From NCBI GenBank assembly GCA_964387505.1, contig CAYLWF010000021.1, positions 12-64,011 of the forward strand: a stretch of DNA of 64,000 nt, read 5' to 3'. The position numbers were made by a program, and so were the translations under genes. The notes beneath the pieces were generated by a model, which was not told where the DNA came from, made no database searches, and saw only the letters and a list, made by a program, of their open reading frames with translations. Origin of the DNA: an uncultured Candidatus Saccharibacteria bacterium. GTDB taxonomy: Bacteria; Patescibacteriota; Saccharimonadia; Saccharimonadales; UBA4665. Below are positions 37,017 to 46,206 of this stretch, in pieces; within the stretch, counting starts at the first letter, position 1; the number at the start of each line of letters is the position of its first letter.

Positions 37017-38081
37017 GTGCTGTACGATCCGAGTAAGACGTTTGCGGAAAATGTGGCGGAGGGGCCGTTCGGTATTGATCCAAAAGACTACCGCGACCCG
37101 AGCGCTGAGCCAAAGTATACGTTCCTCGGTTTTCCCATACAGTTCCCTTTTGGGATTGCCGCCGGTTCCCTGCCCACTTCGCGCCACACGAGTGCAGCGT
37201 TTCGACTCGGTTACGACGTGGTTGTCTATAAAACGCAGCGGGCGCACGAGTTTCCGTGCAACCCGTATCCAAACGTTTTGCCGCTACAGATTGAGGGAGA
37301 TTTAACACCCGAAAAGCTACAGGAGCCGCTGGTCGTGGCAAGCGAATACTCAAGTGACCTTTCAAAGCTGAACATCACAAATTCGTTTGGCGTTCCTTCT
37401 CCCGACCCTAGTGTTTGGACGGCGGATTTGCCTAGTGCAGTTGCCGGTGCTGGCAAGGGTCAGCTGCTCATCATGAGCGTGGTTGGGACTATACGGGAAG
37501 GGTCTGGGCCAGAAGAATACTATGACGATTTTGCAACGTCTGCTTGGCTTGCCAAAGGTGCCGGTGCGCAGGTAGTTGAGATAAACCTGTCTTGTCCAAA
37601 CGTGGCAAGCGAGGGCGTGATTTGCTACAGCCATGATGCCGTAGTCGAAATATGCAAACGTACGAAAGCGGCTTTAGGCGACACGCCGCTGGTTATAAAA
37701 ATAGGGTACTACACTCAGGATCAACAAACAACTCTCGAGGAAATCGTGGGTGATGTCGCACCCTATGTTGCGGCCATCAGTGCCATAAATACCTTGCAGG
37801 GCACCATTATTAACGAGAATGGTGAGCAAGCGCTACCCGGCAAAGGTCGGCTGAAAAGCGGTGTGTGCGGTGCGGGCATAAAATGGGCGGGGCTGGATAT
37901 GGTGCGGCGACTCGATGCTCTGCGTAAAAAAGAAGGCTACAACTACGAAATCATCGGCGTGGGCGGTGTGATGACGCCGAGTGACTTTGCCGAGTACCGT
38001 GCGGCTGGTGCGGACGTGGTGCAGGCTGTAACGGCACCGATGTGGAACGCGCTTTTAGCGCAGGAAATTAAACAAGCTTGA
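37017..38081 (+). CDS. pyrD: Dihydroorotate dehydrogenase-like flavoenzyme (class 1-type, active-site Cys)
   Basis: 354 aa with a GTG start. It has VEINLSCPNV and a C-terminal IIGVGGV FMN-binding motif. It lies in the pyrF-pyrE context. Confidence 0.7.
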   Translation: MLYDPSKTFAENVAEGPFGIDPKDYRDPSAEPKYTFLGFPIQFPFGIAAGSLPTSRHTSAAFRLGYDVVVYKTQRAHEFPCNPYPNVLPLQIEGDLTPEKLQEPLVVASEYSSDLSKLNITNSFGVPSPDPSVWTADLPSAVAGAGKGQLLIMSVVGTIREGSGPEEYYDDFATSAWLAKGAGAQVVEINLSCPNVASEGVICYSHDAVVEICKRTKAALGDTPLVIKIGYYTQDQQTTLEEIVGDVAPYVAAISAINTLQGTIINENGEQALPGKGRLKSGVCGAGIKWAGLDMVRRLDALRKKEGYNYEIIGVGGVMTPSDFAEYRAAGADVVQAVTAPMWNALLAQEIKQA

Positions 38082-38108
38082 TGGTGTCGGATTTCGCCCA
38101 ACAGGCGA

Positions 38109-38135
38109 CTTCCTTTTTTGCCAGAAAAAAGGAAG
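38109..38135 (+). terminator. Hairpin after pyrD (possible terminator)
   Basis: CTTCCTTTTTT-GCCAG-AAAAAAGGAAG is an 11-bp stem lying 28 nt after the pyrD stop. It has no separate U-tail, so the call is uncertain. Confidence 0.4.
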
Positions 38136-38414
38136 CGAAAAACCTCGGCCAAAGGCTCCAGCTCTTGGTGAAATGTTGCTCAGTTTTACAACCGTCTGGC
38201 ACAATCGTTTCGCTAAGTACCAGCCAACCCTATCGGGTGAGTCGTAAAAGCTGACAACATTTCAGCCACGAGCTTACGCATGGCCATTCAAGCTATATCG
38301 CTAACGCGATTGATTATTAGCGGCTGGCGGCCGCATTCGAACATCGAACATCAAATGTGTATTTCACCTGGGATGGTAGCGCAACAGAGGAAAGTTTTAC
38401 CTTATCTCCTAAAT

Positions 38415-39263
38415 TTATCGGAATTTGCGGAGGCGGGCGATGCGGGCTGCCGTGCTGGGATGGGTGGAAAAGAGACTGGAAAGTCCCTGCATGCTAAACA
38501 TGTTGGTGAACATGAGGTGGGCAGCGGCTTGGTCGTTGGGGCGCGGTTGCAGGCCAGCCATGTTTGGTTTGAAGTCCTCTAGTTTTTGTAGGGCACTGGC
38601 GAGGTCGTTGCCGTGGCCAATGAGATGCGCGCCGTGTTCGTCTGCACCAAACTCGCGGCTGCGAGACACTGCCATCTGGATAACCATTGCCGCAAAGGGC
38701 GCGAGTATGAGCATGGCGATGCCACCTATGGGATTGTTGCCGTCTTCGTCATTGCCACCAAAAAGTGAGCCGCCCCAGAAAGCCATTTCGGCCAATATGG
38801 ATATAGCGCCACCGACTGCCGCGGCAATGGTGGAAACGAGCATGTCGTAGTTTTTGACGTGCCCAAGTTCATGGGCGAGAACAGCGCGTAGCTCTCGCTC
38901 GTTGAGGATTTCCGTTATCCCGCGAGTTACCGCTACAACAGCGTTTTTGTGATTGCGGCCTGTGGCGAAGGCATTGGGAATGGGTGTGTCCACAAAATAG
39001 AGCTTTGGCATGGGCAAATTGTCTTTGGTGGTGAGTTCACGGACGGCTTTTTCAACGTGCGGATATTCTTTGGTGTCGAGCGGCATGGCGCGCTGCATTT
39101 TTAGTACCATGCTGCCGCTGAACCAGTACATGCCAAAGTTCATGACTGTCGCCATGAGCAGCGCGACGATTGCCCCGCCCCGCCCGCCAAGCATATAGCC
39201 GATTGCCAAGAATAGTCCGGTCAGTGCACCCAGTAGTAACGTTGTCTTTGCGAATGACTTCAT
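38415..39263 (-). CDS. htpX: M48-family zinc metalloprotease HtpX
   Basis: 282 aa. It has the HELGHVKN zinc motif, 4 TM helices and an HtpX-like C-terminus (HPSTAARI). Confidence 0.88.
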   Translation of the reverse strand: MKSFAKTTLLLGALTGLFLAIGYMLGGRGGAIVALLMATVMNFGMYWFSGSMVLKMQRAMPLDTKEYPHVEKAVRELTTKDNLPMPKLYFVDTPIPNAFATGRNHKNAVVAVTRGITEILNERELRAVLAHELGHVKNYDMLVSTIAAAVGGAISILAEMAFWGGSLFGGNDEDGNNPIGGIAMLILAPFAAMVIQMAVSRSREFGADEHGAHLIGHGNDLASALQKLEDFKPNMAGLQPRPNDQAAAHLMFTNMFSMQGLSSLFSTHPSTAARIARLRKFR

Positions 39264-39367
39264 AGTGTATTCCTCCTTACGGCCGTAGCGGGTATTACCT
39301 TATATTTTCTCACAGGTTGGTTGAAACTTCCAGAATTGAAATCCACAAGGTAGTCCTGTACCATACC

Positions 39368-40663
39368 ATGGTGAAAATAATCGGTGTATTTGGGCAGCAG
39401 CGTGGCGACGAGGGCAAGGGCCGCGTGGTTGATATGCTCGCAGAATCCTGTCAGTTAGTTGCCCGTTTCAATGGCGGTAGCAATGCTGGCCATACAGTTG
39501 TCTTGCCCGATGGCCGCGAACTCGCACTGCACATTGTGCCGTCTGGGATTGCACACGAAGGTGTTGTCAATGTGGTTGGCAATGGTGCCATCATGGACCC
39601 GATCCGGTTTGCCGAGGAGATTGCCGATATCGAAAAGCTTGGTATAGCCGTGACGCCAGAAAACCTAAAAGTTAGTTCTTCTGCTCATTTGGTGCTGCCT
39701 CACTACAAACAGCTCGAGGAAATTCGCGAGCTTGGGCGCGGGTCACAGGGCACCACGAAGGCCGGTATAGCCGACACTTATGCTTCGAAGGCGGCGCGTA
39801 CGGGCGTGCGCGTAGAGCGTGTACTTGGGAGCCATGATTCGCTCTTGCAGGTAGTACGTGAGGGTCTTGAGGCTGTGCAAATGGAGCGAAAAAAGCACGA
39901 CTTGCCATCTGTAGATGTAGAAAATGAAGTAAAACTGTATGCAGAGGCTATGAAAAAACTGCAACCGTTTGTGACTGACACGTCTGTGTATATGAACGAG
40001 CGGCTGGCGGCTGGCGATGCTATGCTTGCCGAAGGCGCACAGGCCTTTTTGCTGGACATTGACCACGGTATGTACCCGTACGTAACGTCTTCAAATACGA
40101 CCGCAGGTGGTGTGGCGACCGGGCTTGGGATTGCGCCCGTGACGCTTGAGCGCTCGATTGGCATTGTGAAAGCCGTGCAGTCTCATGTGGGTGGCGGGCC
40201 GTTCGTCACAGAGATTCACGATGAAAAGGTGCTTTCAGTGCTTCACGGTGACATGTCCACTATAGATGCCGAAAAAGGCACAACCACCGGGCGAGTGCGT
40301 CGGCTTGGTTACTTGGACATCACTGGCATACGCCGGGCGAACATGGTCAATGGTACGACAGAGCTTGCTATCACTAAGCTGGACTGGGTTCCTCGCTATG
40401 GCCGCAGTATTAAAGTCTGCACTTCCTACGAATATCGCGGCGAAACGCTTACTATGGCGCCAGATTCGGCTTGGGCGCTTGAGAAATGCGAACCAGTGTA
40501 CGAAGAGCTTTCAGCTTGGGACGAAGATATTACAGAGGTGCGTTCCTTCGCGGATCTACCGCAGGCCGCCCAAGACTACATAACAGCCATAGAAACCTGG
40601 ACAGGCCTACCGGTCACGTACATAGGCGTTGGTCCTCGCCGCGACCAAGTCATTGTCCGCTAA
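39368..40663 (+). CDS. purA: Adenylosuccinate synthase
   Basis: The track ORF starts at 39317 (TTG). ATG 39368 gives MVKIIGVFGQQRGDEGKGRVVD (P-loop GDEGKG). Further motifs are GTTKAGI and TTGR. Confidence 0.88.
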   Translation: MVKIIGVFGQQRGDEGKGRVVDMLAESCQLVARFNGGSNAGHTVVLPDGRELALHIVPSGIAHEGVVNVVGNGAIMDPIRFAEEIADIEKLGIAVTPENLKVSSSAHLVLPHYKQLEEIRELGRGSQGTTKAGIADTYASKAARTGVRVERVLGSHDSLLQVVREGLEAVQMERKKHDLPSVDVENEVKLYAEAMKKLQPFVTDTSVYMNERLAAGDAMLAEGAQAFLLDIDHGMYPYVTSSNTTAGGVATGLGIAPVTLERSIGIVKAVQSHVGGGPFVTEIHDEKVLSVLHGDMSTIDAEKGTTTGRVRRLGYLDITGIRRANMVNGTTELAITKLDWVPRYGRSIKVCTSYEYRGETLTMAPDSAWALEKCEPVYEELSAWDEDITEVRSFADLPQAAQDYITAIETWTGLPVTYIGVGPRRDQVIVR

Positions 40664-40666
40664 TTG

Positions 40667-43600
40667 CTATATACCAAGTACTTTTGCGAGTGCCGGTCCG
40701 CCGAACTGTTTTGCGACTGTCATTGCATCTGATGGAGCAACGCCATCTGCAAGTTGGTGAGTGAAACGGACTTCCCTTTTTTCATTTTTCTCGGTTTTGA
40801 AGTGTCTGAACGATATCTCTACTGTCGTACGAGCATCATTTTTTGCTTCTTCTAGTCTTTTGACGGCACCATGGTGGTGGGTAGCGAGAACGACACGGTG
40901 CCCGCGCTTGGCAAGCCATTCAAGCGATGCAAGGAGAAAAGCCTCCTGGTAGTAGGATGGGATTGTGGAAAATGGTTCGTCCACGACGACAAGTGATGGT
41001 GCGGCATAACGTAGTTTTTCGGTGATGGTTTTCCAGTACTCCATTTCCATACCGAATGACCCAAGACCTTTGCTAGTATCGTGCTTAGGACGGTCTGCGA
41101 AGATAATGTGCTGATATAGTGGCGAAGACATGGAACTGCTTGGAGAGAAGCCTGTTGCTTGAATAAGCGCGTGGTTGGCAAAAAGTGTCCGAAGTAGCGT
41201 TGTCTTGCCGCTCATATTTGCACCGGATAATACGTCTATGCCGCCCTGTTGATATGTGACGTTGTTTGCAGTGTGATTGCGGTGACTTACATTGCGTGTT
41301 TGTGTGATTGTAGTATAATCTGCTTCTTCCCATGGAGCGTACGCATGCTCTTTCATGAAGGTAGCTATATCAAGCAGCCTCATGAGTAATATTGCTTCTG
41401 AGTAGGGTGTAACGGGTAGTTTGCCTGCAAAATCCCACCTATTACGAGACACATTTCCGATAGGGAGATTTGGGTAGTCTTCCTGCGTCTGTAGTTGTTG
41501 GGAAACCCACTTGCCATACAAACTGCCACTTGCTTTGCTGGCAAAAAATAGCCGAGTATTCGTATCGTAATAGTGAGCTAAGTCTTGGGCGATTGTACCG
41601 TCTATAGCCTCGAGATGGGTTATGATGGCGTCGATAGGCTTGTGGTCATCTGCAACAAAACGTAGGATCGATAGCGTACGAACGACGGGAGTTTTTCCAC
41701 CGGCTTGTTCTACAGTCACCGCTGCGCGATAGAGTGCATCAATTTCACTCACAAAGTTTGGCAGGCCGTTAAGCTGCAGGCCTGATTTTTTAATGATTTT
41801 TTGTAGTTTTTCTGGCACGCCTTTGTGGTGAGGCATAAAAAGATCGTGCAGTCGATAGATAGAGGTATAGGTAAGTTGAGTGCTTTCATGCCTTATCAAT
41901 TCGTTATTCTCCGGGTCGTATGAAGTGGGATAGAAAATATCATCTAACTTCTCCAAAAAGTTTTTTTGACTCCAACCATCTTTCTTAAAATGTGCTTTGC
42001 CAAACGCGTATAGCTTATCGCGGAGTTCAATATCGACAGGCTGTCGGTGGGCAACGCGTTTTTCGTATGCATTATCGCTCGTACTATATTCAAGCCATGC
42101 TTTCAGGGGACGGTACATATTCTGAATTTCTTCAAGAAGACTGATGTAATCTGCGATAAACGTTTGAGGTTTCTCGTCTGTGGGGTTGAGCATGGCTTGA
42201 ATTGTTCTCAGCAGCTGAAGTGCGTAGGCGTCTTTTGTATCAAGCAAGTGAGAGAACTCCTCTTCTGTCATGCTATGATACGGGTCAATTTCAACTTCTA
42301 TTTTCTTGAGCAGTGTTGTAAACGTTTGTGCTACGTTGGCGAGCGGGTTGTATAGTTCCGGCTCAAGCGGGTCTTCGCCGAAGCGGTATCGGTCTCGTGA
42401 GAGGGCAAAAACAAGACGCCGGAAATCATCAAGGTCTGTTCGAAGGTCATCCTTTTGGCCGTACTCGGTAATACGCACGAAAAAGTCCTGACGTGCCCGT
42501 AAGACATCTATTGAGGATGTGCTTCCCTCTTGCAGTAATGTATGTAGTACTGAAAGGGGGTATTCATAGTGGTTGAAGATACTATCGCTACCAAGAATGA
42601 GTGCGGCATTGTACATCGGGGCTGCTTTCGGTACCGTGCCATCACGGGCTTTAGTGATTCTCGTGTAGTTGTAGTCATCATCCATTTGGCTTGGGCATGC
42701 GGGTTTTGTGTTCCCAAACCACATAAAGCCAGCTGGCCCACCTTGCGACTTGAACCATGCGATCGGATCCTCGGGGTTAAGTTGTCGCGTCTCTGTCTCT
42801 GTCAGGTCAAGTGGGGCACCTTTTGCAATTGCTTCAGCGCGGGCAAGTACCTCTTCTGCAAACTGACAGTTACGCGCCTCAGTAAAAGCATCGCTATGTG
42901 CGATGCCAGGCTCAAGTAAGTGTTCACCTTTATCCTTCGACGCTCTGTATGCGACCACTGCGCCCGCTTCTACTGGGGCAGACATGTCGTCATGTGTTGT
43001 GACGAGAGCCATGATGCCAAGACGACGCAGACCGTCTAGGTAGCGTATAAGGAGCTCTTGTCTTTCGTCTGGGTCAGTACCTGAAAATGGCTCGTCACCG
43101 ATGTAGAGAGTGATTGCGTCTGGGTTTTGTGCGAGCAGTGTTTCGACAGTCGTTACCAGTTTACCAAGCTTAACAACTTCTTCACCAAAGGCACTGAGTT
43201 CGCCACCACTCTCTGGTCGTGCAACCTCCTGTAGTAAGCGCACAGGAGGTACTACTGCACTTTCGGCTGCTACATGCCCAGTCGAAAGGCCATTCCTTAT
43301 GGCCGCTGCAATAGCTTCAGTTGCAAAGGTCTTTCCCGATCCTGGACTGCCGGTGATAATGACTGGCCTGTCACTGATTGTTATGGAATGGCGAGACTGA
43401 GCGGCAGGATTGAAACGTGGGTGGAAAAAATTATCGAGTGTAATCTCGCGGGCGCCTGAAACGTGTGCGGGCTTGGCGGGCAGCGTAGAGACAAACGAAG
43501 CGAGAGCCAGTGTGTTGGTAGTATGCCGATACATTTTGGCTGAATCATCGAGTACTCGTTGCTGAGCACTATTTAGCTCTTTGCCGCTATTCTGGATGTA

Positions 43601-44221
43601 TACTGAGACACAGAGAGATCTGGATGCTTTAGTTTTGGTATACGATCCTTGCTGCTCTGCAAGACGTGCAAGGTGGGGGTAGTCTTGAGCGTAATGATTA
43701 TTGAATGCTGCAGCCGCCTTTCTTTCTCCATGGAGTTTAGTGGGTAGCTGCCATACCGGAAAGTCATCTGGCCTGTACTGGACCTGCTCAGAATCGGACG
43801 CTTTACGAGAGGCACTATCGCGTCTGTACTGTTCTATGCGGGGGGTGTATATGGGCTGTTCTTTTGTGCTGAGTTTCGGGTCAAACACGCTGCTAGTGAG
43901 CCAATCGTGCAACTCGCCGGCTGCAAAACAGTCTCGAAATAGTCCATGAGCAGTCTCATCGGCTGCGAGCTTTTGCAGTTCGCTAAGGATTTGCTGTCTT
44001 TGCTTCACGGCGTCAGGGTCACTACTCGCTTCGTTGAGTATGTAATCTAGTGGATTGAAACCATAAAATGTCTTGGGTTCTCCCATGAGGGCTGGGTTGA
44101 GCGGAAGGCTGCCTTTTTTCAGTGGTCTGCGCAAGGAGCTTGGATCTATACTATTCGCAATAAGCGGCGCCGGATTGCAAAAAACAGCACCAAGGACTCC
44201 TTGCTCTACAACAGAATTCAT
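40667..44221 (-). CDS. Tandem MutS-type (domain V-like) ABC ATPase protein. No mismatch-binding or nuclease domain was recognised.
   Basis: 1184 aa. Half 1 has VIITGSPGSGKT, LYIGDEPFSGTDPDE and LVTTHDD. Half 2 has VLSGANMSGKTTLLRTL, LVVVDEPFS and VLATHHHG. Confidence 0.6.
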   Translation of the reverse strand: MNSVVEQGVLGAVFCNPAPLIANSIDPSSLRRPLKKGSLPLNPALMGEPKTFYGFNPLDYILNEASSDPDAVKQRQQILSELQKLAADETAHGLFRDCFAAGELHDWLTSSVFDPKLSTKEQPIYTPRIEQYRRDSASRKASDSEQVQYRPDDFPVWQLPTKLHGERKAAAAFNNHYAQDYPHLARLAEQQGSYTKTKASRSLCVSVYIQNSGKELNSAQQRVLDDSAKMYRHTTNTLALASFVSTLPAKPAHVSGAREITLDNFFHPRFNPAAQSRHSITISDRPVIITGSPGSGKTFATEAIAAAIRNGLSTGHVAAESAVVPPVRLLQEVARPESGGELSAFGEEVVKLGKLVTTVETLLAQNPDAITLYIGDEPFSGTDPDERQELLIRYLDGLRRLGIMALVTTHDDMSAPVEAGAVVAYRASKDKGEHLLEPGIAHSDAFTEARNCQFAEEVLARAEAIAKGAPLDLTETETRQLNPEDPIAWFKSQGGPAGFMWFGNTKPACPSQMDDDYNYTRITKARDGTVPKAAPMYNAALILGSDSIFNHYEYPLSVLHTLLQEGSTSSIDVLRARQDFFVRITEYGQKDDLRTDLDDFRRLVFALSRDRYRFGEDPLEPELYNPLANVAQTFTTLLKKIEVEIDPYHSMTEEEFSHLLDTKDAYALQLLRTIQAMLNPTDEKPQTFIADYISLLEEIQNMYRPLKAWLEYSTSDNAYEKRVAHRQPVDIELRDKLYAFGKAHFKKDGWSQKNFLEKLDDIFYPTSYDPENNELIRHESTQLTYTSIYRLHDLFMPHHKGVPEKLQKIIKKSGLQLNGLPNFVSEIDALYRAAVTVEQAGGKTPVVRTLSILRFVADDHKPIDAIITHLEAIDGTIAQDLAHYYDTNTRLFFASKASGSLYGKWVSQQLQTQEDYPNLPIGNVSRNRWDFAGKLPVTPYSEAILLMRLLDIATFMKEHAYAPWEEADYTTITQTRNVSHRNHTANNVTYQQGGIDVLSGANMSGKTTLLRTLFANHALIQATGFSPSSSMSSPLYQHIIFADRPKHDTSKGLGSFGMEMEYWKTITEKLRYAAPSLVVVDEPFSTIPSYYQEAFLLASLEWLAKRGHRVVLATHHHGAVKRLEEAKNDARTTVEISFRHFKTEKNEKREVRFTHQLADGVAPSDAMTVAKQFGGPALAKVLGI

Positions 44222-44317
44222 TTGAATATACTATAGTATTTATTTATAAAATATACAAATAAATTTCGCTTCAGTCTTTCAGCTTTTCAAGCTATAACTT
44301 GGCCGTCTGCTCTACGA

Positions 44318-45124
44318 TTAGTAGGTGTTGTTGAACGTCTTCATGAGCGTATGCAAAACATCTGGATATGACTCATAGCTATGGGTATTCACAGAGTGGA
44401 TGGGGAGGATTTTGGCGGAGGTGCTGGTGAGGAAGGCGGCGTCGTAGTCGGCGAGTGAGCTGAGTGGGATTGGTTGTTCTAACACTGCAAACCTCTGCTC
44501 TTTCGCAAGTTTTAGGACATGGTCGCGGGTGACGCCGAGGAGAATGTCTGATTCTGGTGGTGAGAAAATAGTCTTGCCTTTGAGCGTGAAAAAGTTACTA
44601 CGCGTACCTTCGGTGATTTCGCCGCGGTGGTTTATGAGGAGCGCGTCGTGTGCTCCAGCTTTTTGCGCTTCGCGGTATGCAATGTAACTTGGCAGCATAT
44701 TGAGTGTTTTTGCATGCGGGTACATGCGTTCGTACCCGTAGGTAGTGCAGTGGCAGCCGGTTTTGTAGAGTTTGCGGTCGACAAAATACGGTGCGAGACA
44801 GATGATGTATAGGTCAACATCTTCTGCAGTTTTCCCGCCTATGAGTAGGACTTTCACGTTGCACGTTTCAACTTCATTTGCTTTCACTAACTCTGTTATA
44901 TGCTGTCCAATTTCACTTGGTTTGTAGGAGTGCTCAAGCCCAATGGTGCTGGCTGAGGTTTGCAAACGCATGCAGTGTTCTTCGAGAAATCGTACTTTCC
45001 CGCCAGAAACACGGATAGTTTCATAGACGCCAAAGCCGTAGCTGTACTCGATGCTCGCGAGCGACACAACCGCTTGTTCGACTGGAAGTACTTCGCCGTT
45101 TTGTGAAAAGTACGAAAATATCAT
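44318..45124 (-). CDS. Class IV (D-amino-acid/branched-chain) aminotransferase
   Basis: The Arg-rich N-terminus of the track ORF (to 45325) overlaps dapF. ATG 45124 (MIFSYFSQNG) gives an ATGA overlap with the dapF stop. Motifs are YPHAKTLNML (PLP Lys) and EGTRSNFF. Confidence 0.75.
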   Translation of the reverse strand: MIFSYFSQNGEVLPVEQAVVSLASIEYSYGFGVYETIRVSGGKVRFLEEHCMRLQTSASTIGLEHSYKPSEIGQHITELVKANEVETCNVKVLLIGGKTAEDVDLYIICLAPYFVDRKLYKTGCHCTTYGYERMYPHAKTLNMLPSYIAYREAQKAGAHDALLINHRGEITEGTRSNFFTLKGKTIFSPPESDILLGVTRDHVLKLAKEQRFAVLEQPIPLSSLADYDAAFLTSTSAKILPIHSVNTHSYESYPDVLHTLMKTFNNTY

Positions 45125-45894
45125 ATGTCTACCATTCCTTTCTGAGTTGTTTCGACGGGAGCAAGCAAGCGGGCGTAACCGGCGCCATCTAACCAGACGC
45201 GCGCTTCCCCGCCCGGCACGGTAACGGTGGCGGGCAGCTGCGTTTCTTTGCGCTGCGCGGCAGTGATGGCGGTGGCGACCATGCCGGTGCCGCAGGCTTG
45301 GGTTTCGCCGACGCCGCGTTCCCATATGCGCAGCCGAATGTGCGTTGGGCTGACGATTTCGGCGAATTCCACGTTTGTTTTGTGTGGAAAATGAGGATCG
45401 TGCTCTATGAGTGGGCCGAGCGTCGTGACGGGAGCTTTAGTAACGTCTTTGACAAATGTGATAGCGTGCGGATTGCCGACGGAAGCGGTGTAGAAATCCT
45501 TACCATCCAGCACTAGCGGCTTAGGGTCGACCTTGACTGTGCCAATCTGGGCTTCAATGGGGCTGGAAGTGTCCTCTGGGCAGATAACTTCGAGCGAACC
45601 GACGGGGGTTTCGACGGTAAAATTACCAGCCCTAACCATGCTGTTTTCGACGGCAAAACGCGCTGTGCAGCGCAAGCCGTTGCCGCACATTTCGGCCGCC
45701 GAACCATCTGCGTTCCAGTACTGAATACGCACACGGTTATCTGGCAACGGGCTGACGATAAGTACGCCGTCTGCGCCAAGTCCAGTACGGCGGTCGCAGA
45801 GCGATGCGATGGTTTGGGCATGTAAAGCCAGCGGCCCGGAAAAGACAATAAAGTCGTTGCCGAGGCCATTCATATGAGTGTAGGGGACGCGCAT
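45121..45894 (-). CDS. dapF: Diaminopimelate epimerase
   Basis: 257 aa. Motifs are MNGLGNDFIVF, CGNGLRC and ACGTG (the two catalytic Cys motifs). Confidence 0.9.
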   Translation of the reverse strand: MRVPYTHMNGLGNDFIVFSGPLALHAQTIASLCDRRTGLGADGVLIVSPLPDNRVRIQYWNADGSAAEMCGNGLRCTARFAVENSMVRAGNFTVETPVGSLEVICPEDTSSPIEAQIGTVKVDPKPLVLDGKDFYTASVGNPHAITFVKDVTKAPVTTLGPLIEHDPHFPHKTNVEFAEIVSPTHIRLRIWERGVGETQACGTGMVATAITAAQRKETQLPATVTVPGGEARVWLDGAGYARLLAPVETTQKGMVDI

Positions 45895-45926
45895 GTAGAT
45901 ATGATACCAGAGGAGCGCCTAGGAGA

Positions 45927-46175
45927 TTACCTGCGGCGTGTTTTGAGGCGGAGGTTGGAGAGGTATTGTTCGGGTGTGACGGTGGGGTGAGCGCAGAGGT
46001 AGGCAATATGCTTGTCGACGAAAGAGATGCTGTGGTCTCCGCTGGCTTCTGCGAGCGGACTGTAGGACGCTGTGGTGGTGTAGGCTTCATCGTGTAGCAT
46101 AGCTTGAAGTTTTTCGCGGAACGCCTGGCCTTCGCTGGTTGCAAGAAATGCGCTGGGAGTAATGTGTTTTGCCAT
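45927..46175 (-). CDS. Small hypothetical protein (82 aa)
   Basis: The internal ATG at 46175 is preceded by a GAGGA RBS. The longer track ORF would overlap the helicase 3' end. No motif was recognised. Confidence 0.4.
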   Translation of the reverse strand: MAKHITPSAFLATSEGQAFREKLQAMLHDEAYTTTASYSPLAEASGDHSISFVDKHIAYLCAHPTVTPEQYLSNLRLKTRRR

Positions 46176-46206
46176 GATAATCCTCGTTATGGGTGATGAT
46201 ATGCAA

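Noticed and set aside
36892-37456. Minus-strand ORFs 36873..37247, 36892..37365 and 37226..37456
   Set aside because: They are antisense to the well-supported pyrE/pyrD genes and have no motifs.
45125-45325. Arg-rich 67-aa N-terminal extension of the class IV aminotransferase ORF
   Set aside because: It overlaps the dapF 3' end and its composition is non-protein-like. The ATG at 45124 gives an ATGA stop/start overlap with dapF and a normal aminotransferase N-terminus.
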